Source: an uncultured candidatus Porisulfidus sp. (GTDB lineage: Bacteria > Pseudomonadota > Gammaproteobacteria > Poriferisulfidales > Poriferisulfidaceae). From it: a stretch of 64,000 nucleotides of DNA. Under the pieces are notes generated by a model. It was given only the letters and a program-made list of their open reading frames with translations, made no database searches and was not told the DNA's origin. A program made the position numbers and the translations under genes. Positions 17,679-27,727 of this stretch are shown here, in pieces (within the stretch, counting starts at the first letter, position 1; every line of letters starts with the position of its first letter). Location: positions 256,001 through 320,000 of the forward strand of contig CBDASZ010000001.1 of assembly GCA_965199755.1 (NCBI GenBank), written 5' to 3'.

Positions 17679-18350
17679 TCAGACCGCCGCCAGTTCTTCG
17701 CGCATATCGTGCAAAGTGGCGGTGTAGTCGTCGGTACCAAAGATGGCCGAGCCGCACACGAAAGTGTCAGCGCCAGCCTGTTTCACGGCGCGAATATTGT
17801 CGATGTTGATGCCGCCATCGACTTCCAGACGAATGTCCTGATTGGTGGTGTCGAGCAACTGGCGCACCGTGCGCACCTTGTCGTAGGTTTGCGGGATGAA
17901 CTCTTGTCCGCCGAAGCCCGGATTGACCGACATCAGCAGCACCAGGTCGACATTGGGCAGAACGTGATCGAGCGCGTTGATTGGCGTCGCCGGATTCAGC
18001 ACCAGTCCGCTTTTGCAGCCCATGTCCTGAATCAGTTTCAGGCTGCGGTGCACATGCACCGAGGCGTCCGGGTGGAAACTGATGTAACTGGCACCGGCTT
18101 TTGCGAAATCCGCGATCAGACCGTCGACCGGCGTGACCATTAAGTGGACATCGATTGGCGCGGTGACGCCATGCGCGCGCAGGGCCGAGCAGATCATGGG
18201 ACCGAAACTCAGATTCGGCACGTAGTGGTAGTCCATCACGTCGAAGTGAATCATGTCAGCGCCCCCGGCCAGTACTGCATCCACTTCCGCGCCGAGTTTG
18301 GTGAAGTCGGCGGACAGGATGGACGGGGCGATATAGTCGGGCTGAGCCAT
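17679..18350 (-). CDS. rpe: Ribulose-phosphate 3-epimerase
   Basis: [36 protein letters not shown]. Confidence 0.97.
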   Translation of the reverse strand: MAQPDYIAPSILSADFTKLGAEVDAVLAGGADMIHFDVMDYHYVPNLSFGPMICSALRAHGVTAPIDVHLMVTPVDGLIADFAKAGASYISFHPDASVHVHRSLKLIQDMGCKSGLVLNPATPINALDHVLPNVDLVLLMSVNPGFGGQEFIPQTYDKVRTVRQLLDTTNQDIRLEVDGGINIDNIRAVKQAGADTFVCGSAIFGTDDYTATLHDMREELAAV

Positions 18351-18421
18351 GGTCGAAAAAGCCTTGAAATGCGAGAGTGAGTATACAATGAGCCGCCATT
18401 GAAATTGTATGTTCAGTACGC

Positions 18422-19138
18422 ATGCCGGATCTCACCAACATCTGTTGGAGCTATGTCGGTGCGGAAGGCCCGGAACACTGGGGCGAATTGCATCCCGACT
18501 GGAAGTTATGCGCCGAAGGCTTGCGGCAATCGCCGATTGCGCTGCCGGAAGATTCGACTGCCAACATTTCCGCTGCGCCGCAGGCGTTGCGCTTTGACTA
18601 TGCGCGCGTTGCCGCGCGCCTCACCGAGATGCCTTATCTGGTGCGCGCTGAGGTAGATTCCGGGTTGGGTATTCGTTTGGGGGAGCAGGATTTCGCGTTG
18701 CGGCAATTCCACTTTCACACGCCTGCGGAACACCGCTGGAGGAATAGCACGGATGCCGATCCGGCAGAATTTCATCTGGTGCACCGCAGCGATTCCGGCG
18801 CGATTGTCGTGCTCGGAATCCCGTTACGTTATGATGCGGAACCTCTTTTGTCGCCGGCGCTGTGGGATGATATGCGGACGCACGAATCCGGCGAGTCTTT
18901 CACCGTTGACTTGCTCGAGATGATCCCAGCCACTGCGAGTTACTTCAGTTATTCCGGGTCGCTGACGACGCCGCCGTGCACCGAGGGGGTGCGCTGGTTG
19001 CTGGCTGGCGAGGCGCTGGGGATCAGCCGCGAGAGTGTCACGTGGTTGCAGCGTCAGACCGGTGCCAACGCGCGACCACTGCAGCCGTTGGGAGACCGGA
19101 TGGTGCAGCGGGTCAGCTGTTGCAGTACACATGAGTGA
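18422..19138 (+). CDS. Alpha-class carbonic anhydrase
   Basis: [29 protein letters not shown] (Zn ligands), [23 protein letters not shown]. Confidence 0.93.
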   Translation: MPDLTNICWSYVGAEGPEHWGELHPDWKLCAEGLRQSPIALPEDSTANISAAPQALRFDYARVAARLTEMPYLVRAEVDSGLGIRLGEQDFALRQFHFHTPAEHRWRNSTDADPAEFHLVHRSDSGAIVVLGIPLRYDAEPLLSPALWDDMRTHESGESFTVDLLEMIPATASYFSYSGSLTTPPCTEGVRWLLAGEALGISRESVTWLQRQTGANARPLQPLGDRMVQRVSCCSTHE

Positions 19139-19793
19139 CAAGACGCTTGGTTTGAGTGAGACCCTCCGGGAGTATCTGCTGGAGGTCTCGGTACAGGAAG
19201 ATCCGAGTGCGCGGGCTTTGCGCGAGCATACCGCCACCTTGCCGGAGCATTACATGCAGATCAGCGCGGAGCAGGGGCAATTCTTTCGTGTGCTGATTCA
19301 GTTGATTCAGGCGAGGCGCATCATTGAGGTGGGCACCTATACCGGTTACAGCGCCTTGTGCATGGCGCAGGCGGCCGGCCCGGACGGGCGGTTGGTCTGC
19401 TGTGACATCAGTACGGAGTGGACCGATATCGCTCAGGAGTACTGGACGCGCGCCGGGGTGCGCGAGCGCATTGATTTGCGCATTGCGCCAGCACTTGAGA
19501 CCTTGGCGCAGTTGCGCGCGGACGGTGAGCCAGAGGCCTTTGATTTCGCGTTTATTGACGCCGACAAGGAAAACTATGACGCTTACTTCGAGTATCTGCT
19601 GCCGCTGATGCGTCGCGGCGGGCTGATTGCAGTGGACAATACCTTGTGGTCCGGGCGGGTCGCGGATCCGGCTGAGCAGGAAGTCGATACGATGGCCATT
19701 CGCGCGTTCAACCGCAAGTTGGCGCAGGATTCGCGGGTGCTGATCTCATTGATTCCGATCAGTGACGGCGTAACCTTAGCGATCAAGCAGTGA
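19131..19793 (+). CDS. SAM-dependent O-methyltransferase (caffeoyl-CoA OMT family)
   Basis: MQISAEQGQF, EVGTYTGYS, FDFAFIDADK, DNTLWSG. Confidence 0.92.
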   Translation: MSDKTLGLSETLREYLLEVSVQEDPSARALREHTATLPEHYMQISAEQGQFFRVLIQLIQARRIIEVGTYTGYSALCMAQAAGPDGRLVCCDISTEWTDIAQEYWTRAGVRERIDLRIAPALETLAQLRADGEPEAFDFAFIDADKENYDAYFEYLLPLMRRGGLIAVDNTLWSGRVADPAEQEVDTMAIRAFNRKLAQDSRVLISLIPISDGVTLAIKQ

Positions 19794-19829
19794 TCTGACA
19801 TAGAATAGAGCGACACTCACGTTATTGGC

Positions 19830-21482
19830 ATGAAAACTTCCGACCTGTTCGTTCGCTGCCTCGAACTTGAAGGCATTGAATATGTGTTTGGCGTTCCCGG
19901 TGAGGAGAACGCCGACTTCGTGATGTCTTTGGAGCAGTCGGACAAGATTCGCTTTATTCTGACCCGGCATGAGCAAGGCGCGGCGTTCATGGCGGAAGCC
20001 TACGGCCGCTTGACCGGCCAGCCGGCGGGGTGTCTCGGCACGCTGGGGCCGGGCGCGACCAATCTGCTGACGGGTGTCGCCAACGCCAATATGGATCACT
20101 CGCCGCTGCTGGTGCTGACCGGGCAGGGTTCCACCGCCCGCATCCACAAGGAGTCGCATCAGATTATGGATGCGATCGGGATGTTTCGGCCGATCACCAA
20201 ATGGACCACCAGCATCATTCAGCCCTCAGCGCTGCCGGAGATTGTTCGCAAGGCGGTGCGCATTGCGCGCAGTGAGAAGCCCGGTGCCGTGCATCTGGAG
20301 TTGCCGGAAGATATTGCCAAGCGTGACACTGATGTCGAGCCGATTGACCCAGTGCGGTTTCGCCGCCCGGTACCGGCGGCGGAACAGGTGGATAAGGCTT
20401 TTGACATGCTGGCGCGGGCGAGTCGCCCGGTGATTCTGGCGGGCAACGGTTGCATCCGCATTCGGGCCAGCCAGCAGTTGCGCATGTTCTGCGAGACTAC
20501 CGGGGCGGGCGTGATGAGCACCTTCATGGCGAAAGGCTGTGTGGATATGGACGAAGACTACTGCCTGTTCACCATTGGATTGGGAGCCAAGGATCTGGTG
20601 ACGTGCGCGATCGATGCGGCGGATGTGGTGTTGACGCTGGGCTACGACATGGTGGAATACCACCCGCACTTGTGGAACCCGGATGGCACCAAGACCATTA
20701 TTCACGCGGATTATGAACCGGCGGAAATTGACTTCCACTACCACCCTGATGTGGAACTGGTCGGCGATCTGGCGCAGACGCTGGCGATGCTCAATGAGCG
20801 GGCGCGCGAGCATGGCAGCATGGGTTGGGACCTGGATCAACAGTTGTGGGTGCGCAATGGCATGCTCGAAGAGCTGGCTCAGTACAAGGACGATGATGCG
20901 ACAGGTGCGCTGAAGCCGCAGAAGGTGCTGTGGGACGTGCGCGAGGTGATGGGGCCGGAGGATGTGCTGCTGTCCGATGTGGGCGCGCACAAGATGTGGA
21001 TCGCGCGTCATTACCCCTGTCACGAACCGAACACCTGCCTGATTCCGAACGGCTTCTGCTCAATGGGGTTCGCGCTGCCGGGCTCAATTGCCGCGCACCT
21101 GGTGCATCCGAGTCGCCACATTCTGGCGATCTGCGGTGACGGCGGGTTCATGATGAATGTGCAGGAGATGGAAACGGCGAAACGGCTGAATGCCGACATC
21201 ACGGTGATGATCTGGGAGGATGGCGGCTATGGACTGATTTCCTGGAAGCAGGAGCAGGAGTTCAAGCACCACACGGTGCTGGAGTTCGGCAATCCGGACT
21301 GGATGCAACTGGCGGCCGCCTTCGGCTGGCATGGACATCATGTCACTGAAAGCCAGCAATTGCTGCCGACGCTGCGCACCGCACTCGAAGAATCCGGGCC
21401 CTCGCTGATCGTGGTGCCGATTGATTACGAAGAGAACATGCGTCTGACCAAGCACTTGGGCGAGATCGTCTGTCGCATTTAG
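19830..21482 (+). CDS. Acetolactate synthase large subunit-like ThDP enzyme
   Basis: FGVPGEEN, RHEQGAAFMA, TLGPGATN, GDGGFMMN ThDP motif; no small regulatory subunit adjacent. Confidence 0.9.
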   Translation: MKTSDLFVRCLELEGIEYVFGVPGEENADFVMSLEQSDKIRFILTRHEQGAAFMAEAYGRLTGQPAGCLGTLGPGATNLLTGVANANMDHSPLLVLTGQGSTARIHKESHQIMDAIGMFRPITKWTTSIIQPSALPEIVRKAVRIARSEKPGAVHLELPEDIAKRDTDVEPIDPVRFRRPVPAAEQVDKAFDMLARASRPVILAGNGCIRIRASQQLRMFCETTGAGVMSTFMAKGCVDMDEDYCLFTIGLGAKDLVTCAIDAADVVLTLGYDMVEYHPHLWNPDGTKTIIHADYEPAEIDFHYHPDVELVGDLAQTLAMLNERAREHGSMGWDLDQQLWVRNGMLEELAQYKDDDATGALKPQKVLWDVREVMGPEDVLLSDVGAHKMWIARHYPCHEPNTCLIPNGFCSMGFALPGSIAAHLVHPSRHILAICGDGGFMMNVQEMETAKRLNADITVMIWEDGGYGLISWKQEQEFKHHTVLEFGNPDWMQLAAAFGWHGHHVTESQQLLPTLRTALEESGPSLIVVPIDYEENMRLTKHLGEIVCRI

Positions 21483-21488
21483 GGGGAG

Positions 21489-21564
21489 TGGTGCCCCCAG
21501 GTGGGCTCGAACCACCAGTCCGGGATTAGGAATCCCGTGGTTTATCCAGTTAACCGATGGGGGC
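21489..21564 (-). tRNA. tRNA-Arg (CCT)
   Basis: Reverse complement GCCCCCA...CGGGA-TT-CCT-AA-TCCCG...GGTTCGAGCC...TGGGGGC-A-CCA folds as a cloverleaf. Confidence 0.92.
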
Positions 21565-21597
21565 GTATCCGCAGAATCTGTTGTGACGCCGCAGGCG

Positions 21598-21672
21598 TGG
21601 TGGGCGATGCTGGGATTGAACCAGCGACCTCTGCCGTGTGAAGGCAGCGCTCTCCCGCTGAGCTAATCGCCC
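21598..21672 (-). tRNA. tRNA-Val (CAC)
   Basis: Reverse complement GGGCGATTAGCTCAGCGGGAGAGC...CTGCC-TT-CAC-AC-GGCAG...GGTTCAATCC...CGCCC-A-CCA. Confidence 0.95.
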
Positions 21673-22029
21673 TGCCGCACAGTCTAGCAAAATTGGGGGT
21701 CGGAGCACCGGTTCAACTTCAGCCCGTTTGCGGAAATCCCATCCCTGTCACGCTTAATCGGGTGTGACATCAAGGCAATACATCGGCTACACGTGTAAGT
21801 TCATTTCCGTATAATCGCCCGCCCAAGCAAAGTCATGTCCGCAGTTGCGCGCGAGAGTTAGGTGGCGCTTGGGATGCTGTCTCCATTTAATTTAATGAGG
21901 GGTGTGGGGGTGGTGCCTGTGTGGCGCTGCGCGGATCAATCTGAATCTGCAGTGGTAGGGCACGATTGACAAGACCCCCTCCATAGCTCCCGGCATTCCG
22001 GGTGTGCAACAAGATCTTGGTATTTGGCG

Positions 22030-22038
22030 TGTTAGAAT
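22030..22038 (+). promoter_or_regulatory. Putative extended -10 promoter (TGn-TAGAAT) of the sox operon
   Basis: TGTTAGAAT about 30 bp upstream of the likely soxX start. Confidence 0.4.
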
Positions 22039-22069
22039 TTTCGCCATGGATTCAGTCACCGCACCTGTG

Positions 22070-22423
22070 ATGCGTCGTACACTATTCACCCTGACCTTGA
22101 TGGGAGCCATTGTGTCTTCTCTGGCACAGGCCGATGACGCAGGCAGCAGCGCGGCGGTTGAGGTGGGACGTGAGATCGCCTTCGATGTCAAGAAGGGCAA
22201 CTGCCTGTCCTGTCATGTAATCCCCGGAGGAGAGTCACCGGGCAGCATCTCCGTGGCGCTGGTGGCTATGAAAACTCGGTTCCCGGACAAACAGGTGTTG
22301 CGTGCCAATGTCTGGGATCAGACTCAATTTCGCCCACATGCCATGATGCCGCCGTTCGGCAAGCACGGCATCTTGACGGAAGAAGATATTGACAATATTG
22401 TAGAGTTCCTCTACACCCTGTAA
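22070..22423 (+). CDS. soxX: Sulfur oxidation c-type cytochrome SoxX
   Basis: Signal peptide, KGNCLSCH heme motif, MMPPFG; first gene of the sox cluster. Confidence 0.93.
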   Translation: MRRTLFTLTLMGAIVSSLAQADDAGSSAAVEVGREIAFDVKKGNCLSCHVIPGGESPGSISVALVAMKTRFPDKQVLRANVWDQTQFRPHAMMPPFGKHGILTEEDIDNIVEFLYTL

Positions 22424-22433
22424 CATTGGAGCC

Positions 22434-22874
22434 ATGCTTATGAATCTGAATCGCAGAACTTTTATCGCAGCGGGATTGGGCGTGCTGTGCGCGCCGGTGC
22501 TGGTGCGAGCGTGGCCGCAAAAGGCGTTTGAGGCTGAAAAGGCTGACGAGGTGCTGGCGGAACTGGTAAAAAACACACCGGAACACAGCGACGCGATCAC
22601 CATCACCGCACCCGACATTGCGGAGAATGGCGCAGTGGTCCCGATATCGGTTTCAACCAGTCATGAAGAGGTCACCCGGATCAGCATTCTGGTGGAGAGC
22701 AATCCGCTGCCGTTGACCTCAAGTTACGAGTTGAGCGCAAATGCCGTGCCTTACGTTTCTACCCGCGTGAAAATGCTCAAGACATCAAACGTGGTCGCGC
22801 TCGTGGATGCGGGCGGCAAGACCTATACCGAAAGCCGTGAAATCAAGGTCACGATAGGTGGCTGCGGCGGCTAA
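22434..22874 (+). CDS. soxY: Sulfur carrier SoxY
   Basis: Tat signal NRRTFI; APDIAENGAVVP; C-terminal VTIGGCGG. Confidence 0.97.
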   Translation: MLMNLNRRTFIAAGLGVLCAPVLVRAWPQKAFEAEKADEVLAELVKNTPEHSDAITITAPDIAENGAVVPISVSTSHEEVTRISILVESNPLPLTSSYELSANAVPYVSTRVKMLKTSNVVALVDAGGKTYTESREIKVTIGGCGG

Positions 22875-22903
22875 ACAACAACCAGTCACAAGGAGTCGAT
22901 ACG

Positions 22904-23212
22904 ATGGCAAAAACAATGCGCGTGCGGGCCAAGGAAAAGGACGGCATCGTGACCGTCAAGGCCCTCATAACCCACCCGATGGAAACCGGCCTGCGCAAGG
23001 ACAGCGACGGCGAGATCATTCCGGCGCACTTCATCAAGGAAGTCACCGCTACCGTCGGTGACAAGACGGTGTTCACGGCGAACTGGGGCACTGGGGTGTC
23101 GAAGAACCCGTATTTGTCGTTCAAATATCGAGGTTCAAGCGGTGACGTACTGACCCTGAGTTGGACCGACAACAAGGATGAATCTGACTCAATTGAGGCG
23201 ACCGTCAAGTGA
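22904..23212 (+). CDS. soxZ: SoxZ
   Basis: HPMETGLRKD, IPAHFI, SKNPY, WTDN. Confidence 0.97.
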   Translation: MAKTMRVRAKEKDGIVTVKALITHPMETGLRKDSDGEIIPAHFIKEVTATVGDKTVFTANWGTGVSKNPYLSFKYRGSSGDVLTLSWTDNKDESDSIEATVK

Positions 23213-24057
23213 CAACACGCCTCGCCATAGCCGGTGTGCTGGCGGCGGCCTTGACAGCCGCGGCGACGCTCGGCGTGAGCGCGGACGCCATTGATCCGCA
23301 AAAGGATCTGGAGAAGATACACGGCTTCTTCAAGGAAAAATTCCCGTCCCTTCCTTGGGAGGAGTTTGCAAATGGCTCCTACGCGCTGGATCCGTCCTGG
23401 CGTGCCAACTGGGAATTAATCGAAGAGTTCCCGCCGTATGAAGTCGCCATTTCAGCCGGTGAGGAAATGTGGAACATCCCGTTCGCCAACGGCAAGACTT
23501 ACGCCGACTGTTTCGGCGAGCCGGGCGTGCAGCATCACTATCCGCGCTGGGACAGCGAACAGGGCCAAGTGGTCACATTGGCGCTGGCCATCAACCAGTG
23601 CCGCGAGGCGAACGGCGAGGATCTTTTGCAATACAAGAACGGCGCGATCGTAGACATTCTGGCCTATATGGCCTACGAGTCCCGTGGTCAGATCATCAAT
23701 GTGGTGGTGCCGAAAGACGCCCCTGGCGCACTGGAAGCCTACCAAAAGGGTCGCGAGTTCTACTTCACGCGCCGCGGCCAGTTGAATTTCGCTTGTGCCC
23801 ACTGCCATTTCAGCATGGCTGGGCGCAAGCTGCGCACGGAATCTCTTTCTCCGGCCCTCGGACAAGCGACGGGCTGGCCGGTGTACCGCTCCAAATGGGG
23901 TGCCATCGGTACTCTGCATCGCCGCTACACTGGCTGCAACAAACAGGTGCGCGCCAAACCATTTGAGGCGCAGGGCGAAGAGTACCGCAATCTTGAGTAC
24001 TTCCACACGCACATGAGCAATGGGCTGCCTCTGAATGGCCCGGCCGCGAGGAAGTAG
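23209..24057 (+). CDS. soxA: SoxA cytochrome c (monoheme type)
   Basis: RRGQLNFACAHCH, WPVYRSKW, GCNKQVRA (Cys ligand); first heme site degenerate (YADCF). Confidence 0.96.
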   Translation: MTTRLAIAGVLAAALTAAATLGVSADAIDPQKDLEKIHGFFKEKFPSLPWEEFANGSYALDPSWRANWELIEEFPPYEVAISAGEEMWNIPFANGKTYADCFGEPGVQHHYPRWDSEQGQVVTLALAINQCREANGEDLLQYKNGAIVDILAYMAYESRGQIINVVVPKDAPGALEAYQKGREFYFTRRGQLNFACAHCHFSMAGRKLRTESLSPALGQATGWPVYRSKWGAIGTLHRRYTGCNKQVRAKPFEAQGEEYRNLEYFHTHMSNGLPLNGPAARK

Positions 24058-24061
24058 TCAA

Positions 24062-24382
24062 ATGAGACTACGCTATCTGCACTCCGCTCTGATCGCTCTG
24101 GCGTTGTGCGGTATCGTGCCGGGTGCGCTTCAGGCGGCGGATCAGGAAAGTTTTGATGATGCGCTTGCGGTGGCGCTGGCTGCGCAGGAGAAAGCCGCGT
24201 CCGTCAGTGGTGAGTGGCGCGATGTTGGCCAGTTCCTCAAGGATGCTCAGGAGAAAGCGGCCGCGGGTGATTTTGCTGGTGCCATCGCCCTAGCGAAGAA
24301 GGCCGAGCATCAATCCTTGCGAGGCTATGAGCAGATGACCTCGCAAGCCGGAAAGGTCGGTCTGGACCCCTACCTGCAATAA
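24062..24382 (+). CDS. soxK: SoxXA-binding protein (SoxK-like)
   Basis: Signal peptide, Ala-rich helical protein with GEWRD motif, located between soxA and soxB. Confidence 0.8.
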   Translation: MRLRYLHSALIALALCGIVPGALQAADQESFDDALAVALAAQEKAASVSGEWRDVGQFLKDAQEKAAAGDFAGAIALAKKAEHQSLRGYEQMTSQAGKVGLDPYLQ

Positions 24383-24396
24383 GCCACAGGCCGAAC

Positions 24397-26139
24397 ATGA
24401 GCCTGAGCCGACGCGAATTCCTGTCGGTGATGATGGCCGCCTCAGCGGCCGGCATGTTGCCGCACCGTGGTGCACTGGCCGCGGATTCCCTCTACGATCT
24501 CCCGCCCTTCGGCGATGTGCGTTTGCTGCATTTCACTGATTGTCATGCGCAACTGCTGCCAGTTTATTTCCGCGAACCGAGCACCAATCTGGGCGTGGGC
24601 GCGGCGTTCGGGCGTCCGCCGCATCTGGTCGGTCAGGCTTTCCTGGAGCACTTTGGAGTCACGCCCGGAACGCCGGAAGCGTATGCGCTGACGCATTTGG
24701 ATTTCTCCGAAATGGCGCGCCGGTACGGAAAACTTGGAGGATTCGCGCATTTGACGACACTGGTGCGTCGACTGCGTGAAGAAGTCGGTGAGGGGCGCAG
24801 CCTGCTGCTCGACGGCGGTGATACCTGGCAAGGCTCCGCCACCTCCTTGTGGACGCGCGGCTCGGATATGGTGGAAGCCTGCAACCGTTTGGGTGTGGAC
24901 GTTATGACCGGACACTGGGAGTTCACTTATGGTGAGGAGTCCGTGCGCAAGAATATCGAGCAGTCTCAGGCCGCGTTCGTCGCGCAAAATGTCCGCCTGA
25001 CAGAAGAGGCGTTGTTTGACGAACAACCGGCTTACGATGAGGAGACCGGACATGCGTTCGCGCCATACACCTTGCGCGAATGCGCGGGTCACCAGATCGC
25101 GGTGATCGGACAAGCCTTTCCATACACGCCGGTCGCGAATCCGGGTCGCTTTGTGCCGAACTGGAGCTACGGCATTCAGGAGGCGGCGCTGCAGGCGCTC
25201 ATTGAGACCATTCAGGTACAGCACAACCCGGCCTTGATTGTGCTGTTGTCGCACAACGGCATGGACGTGGATCTCAAGTTAGCGTCTCGCGTATCGGGGC
25301 TGGACGCGATCTTCGGTGGGCACACGCACGACGGGGTGCCTGAGGCGATCGAAGTCGCCAACCCCGGTGGCATGACGCTGGTGACCAATGCGGGATCCAA
25401 CGGCAAGTTTTTGGGCGTCATGGATATTGAGTTGCGCAACGGTCGCCGCGCCGGCGTGCGGTATCGACTGCTGCCTGTGTTCTCTTCCCTGTTGCCGGCA
25501 GACCCGGAAATGCGTGACTGGATTGAGGAGGTACGTGCGCCGTATCTGGACAAACTGAGCCAGCCGTTGTCGGTGGCTGGTCAGACCCTGTACCGCCGTG
25601 GCAATTTCAATGGCAGTTTCGATCAGGTGATCTGCGAGGCCTTGCTGGAGCACTATGACGCGGAGATCGCGCTGTCGCCCGGATTCCGGTGGGGTCCCAG
25701 CGTGCTGCCGGGAGATGTGCTGACCGTGGAAGACGTTATGGCGCAGACCGCGATCACGTACCCTGAGACCTATATGAACGAAATGAGCGGTGAGATGATC
25801 AAGTTAATTCTTGAGGATGTCGCCGATAATCTGTTCAATCCAGACCCGTATCAGCAGCAGGGCGGTGATATGGTGCGTACTGCGGGGCTGGAATACAGTC
25901 TGGACGCCACGGCGGACATTGGGAATCGGGTTCGGGATTTGCGCCTGCGCGGCGGTGAGCCAATATCTGACACGCGTCAGTACAAAGTGACTGGCTGGGG
26001 TGTGGTCGGACAGGTGGCACCTGGCCCGCCGGTGTGGGAGATCGTCACCGACTGGCTAAAAGGGCGCGAGGAGGTCAACCTTCTGCACCTGCACACTCCG
26101 CGTCTGCTGAACTTGCGCGACAATCCGGGAATCGGGTGA
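24397..26139 (+). CDS. soxB: Thiosulfohydrolase SoxB
   Basis: Tat signal SRREFL; HFTDCHAQL, DGGDTWQG, TGHWEF, LSHNG, GGHTHD, NPDPYQQQGGDM. Confidence 0.97.
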   Translation: MSLSRREFLSVMMAASAAGMLPHRGALAADSLYDLPPFGDVRLLHFTDCHAQLLPVYFREPSTNLGVGAAFGRPPHLVGQAFLEHFGVTPGTPEAYALTHLDFSEMARRYGKLGGFAHLTTLVRRLREEVGEGRSLLLDGGDTWQGSATSLWTRGSDMVEACNRLGVDVMTGHWEFTYGEESVRKNIEQSQAAFVAQNVRLTEEALFDEQPAYDEETGHAFAPYTLRECAGHQIAVIGQAFPYTPVANPGRFVPNWSYGIQEAALQALIETIQVQHNPALIVLLSHNGMDVDLKLASRVSGLDAIFGGHTHDGVPEAIEVANPGGMTLVTNAGSNGKFLGVMDIELRNGRRAGVRYRLLPVFSSLLPADPEMRDWIEEVRAPYLDKLSQPLSVAGQTLYRRGNFNGSFDQVICEALLEHYDAEIALSPGFRWGPSVLPGDVLTVEDVMAQTAITYPETYMNEMSGEMIKLILEDVADNLFNPDPYQQQGGDMVRTAGLEYSLDATADIGNRVRDLRLRGGEPISDTRQYKVTGWGVVGQVAPGPPVWEIVTDWLKGREEVNLLHLHTPRLLNLRDNPGIG

Positions 26140-26208
26140 ACCATATACTGCCGATCAGGTCAAAACCCAGAGGACATTCCATTCACTTCGATTCACACGG
26201 AGATTCTT

Positions 26209-26676
26209 ATGTACCGAATTCTGACCTCTTTTCTGATCCTTTTGCTAACCGGTCCAGCCGCGGCATCCAACACCGTGTCGCTCAAGTTGATGAGCGTGGA
26301 CATCGTCCACAGAATCGCACAGCACGCACTGCAACATTGCGCTAATGAAGGCTATCAGGTGAGCGTGGTTGTGGTGGGCAGAGACGCCCGTCCGCGCGCC
26401 TTGCTGCGTCATGCGCTAGCTTCTCCGGTCAGCTGCAAGATTGCGGTCAGGAAAGCCAAAACCGCAGCCAATATGCGCATCCCCAGCGCCGATCTCGACG
26501 AAGCACTGGCTCGCGCCAGCCGCAAACTGGTACGGATGCGCGGCGGCTTGCCGATTGAAGCCGGCGGGCATTTCTATGGCGGTGTTGGGGTCTCCGGTGC
26601 GACCGGTGAGATTGATGAGGCGTGTGCTCAGGCTGGTATTGACGCGGTTCTCGATGATCTGGAGTTTGAGGAATAA
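26209..26676 (+). CDS. Exported GlcG/HbpS (DUF336) heme-binding family protein
   Basis: Signal peptide; VSVVVV, IAVRKAKTA, GGLPI, GGVGVSGA...DEACA.AG. Confidence 0.88.
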   Translation: MYRILTSFLILLLTGPAAASNTVSLKLMSVDIVHRIAQHALQHCANEGYQVSVVVVGRDARPRALLRHALASPVSCKIAVRKAKTAANMRIPSADLDEALARASRKLVRMRGGLPIEAGGHFYGGVGVSGATGEIDEACAQAGIDAVLDDLEFEE

Positions 26677-26682
26677 CGTGCC

Positions 26683-27717
26683 TTGAAGACATCGGCGCTC
26701 CCGTTTGTTCTGGTTGGCATTCTGATCGGAGCGTCGGGTCCTGCACTCGCGCAGGAGGAGAAGTTGTCTGCGGACATGAGCAATTCGGGCTATGTACCGC
26801 ACCCGGAGTGGTTCAAGCAGTCATTTCTGGAGTTATCTGAGGATATTGAAGAGGCGAGCGATGCCGGCCGCCATTTGATGCTGTATTTCTATCAGGACGG
26901 CTGTCCGTACTGCAAGATGTTTGTCGAGAACGGCCTGGGACAGCATGACATTGCCGCATATGTGCGCACGCATCTGGATATGGTAGCGATCAACATCTTC
27001 GGCTCGCTTGACGTCGTGGATGTGGACGGCGAAGCGTTGCCTGAGCGAGACTTCGCAATGAAAATCGGCGTAATGTTCACGCCGACGCTGGTGGCGTTTG
27101 CGCCGGACGGTTCGGTCGCGTTTCGCATCAATGGCTACTATCCGCCGCCGAAGTTTCGTGCGGCGATGCGCTTTGTCGCGGAGAAGCGCTATGCGACGGA
27201 CGAGCGCTTTGTCGAGTTTTATCGCACTGCGGACAAGCGCGCCGGAAGCGGCACCCTCCATGTGCAAAGCGCGACCATCGATGGGCCGCCTTATGACTTG
27301 TCAAATCACGACAAGCCCCTGATGGTCATGTTCGAGCAGCAGGAATGTCTGGCTTGCGACGAATTGCACGAGGATCTTCTGCGTCGGGAAGAGACGCAGG
27401 CGCTGTTGCAGTCACTGGAAGTCGCGGTGCTTGATATTCGCGTACGGGAGCCGCTGGTGACCCCCAAAGGCAAGCAGACCAATGTGCTCGACTGGGCAAG
27501 GGAGTTAGGTATTCAGGCGGTGCCGACTCAGGTGTTTTTTGACGGGGAGGTGGAAGCGATCCGCAATGAAGGCCATATCAAGGCTTTTCACATGCAATCG
27601 ATCATGGACTATGTGATCTCCGGGGACTGGCGCGAGGTGGAGAATTTTCAGCGTTGGCTGCAAGAGCGCGCGGATCATTTGCGCGAGCAGGGCGTGGACA
27701 TCGACTTGATGCAGTAG
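26683..27717 (+). CDS. SoxW-like tandem thioredoxin-fold periplasmic protein
   Basis: Signal peptide; PEWFKQSFLEL.ED; CPYC and CLAC motifs; FTPT and VPT cis-Pro loops. Confidence 0.85.
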   Translation: MKTSALPFVLVGILIGASGPALAQEEKLSADMSNSGYVPHPEWFKQSFLELSEDIEEASDAGRHLMLYFYQDGCPYCKMFVENGLGQHDIAAYVRTHLDMVAINIFGSLDVVDVDGEALPERDFAMKIGVMFTPTLVAFAPDGSVAFRINGYYPPPKFRAAMRFVAEKRYATDERFVEFYRTADKRAGSGTLHVQSATIDGPPYDLSNHDKPLMVMFEQQECLACDELHEDLLRREETQALLQSLEVAVLDIRVREPLVTPKGKQTNVLDWARELGIQAVPTQVFFDGEVEAIRNEGHIKAFHMQSIMDYVISGDWREVENFQRWLQERADHLREQGVDIDLMQ

Positions 27718-27727
27718 TCGTGTCCAG

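Noticed and set aside
21489-21672. tRNAs as integration sites for the sox/dsr region
   Set aside because: No integrase and no duplicated tRNA 3' end noticed; the sox cluster lies on the 5' side of the tRNAs.
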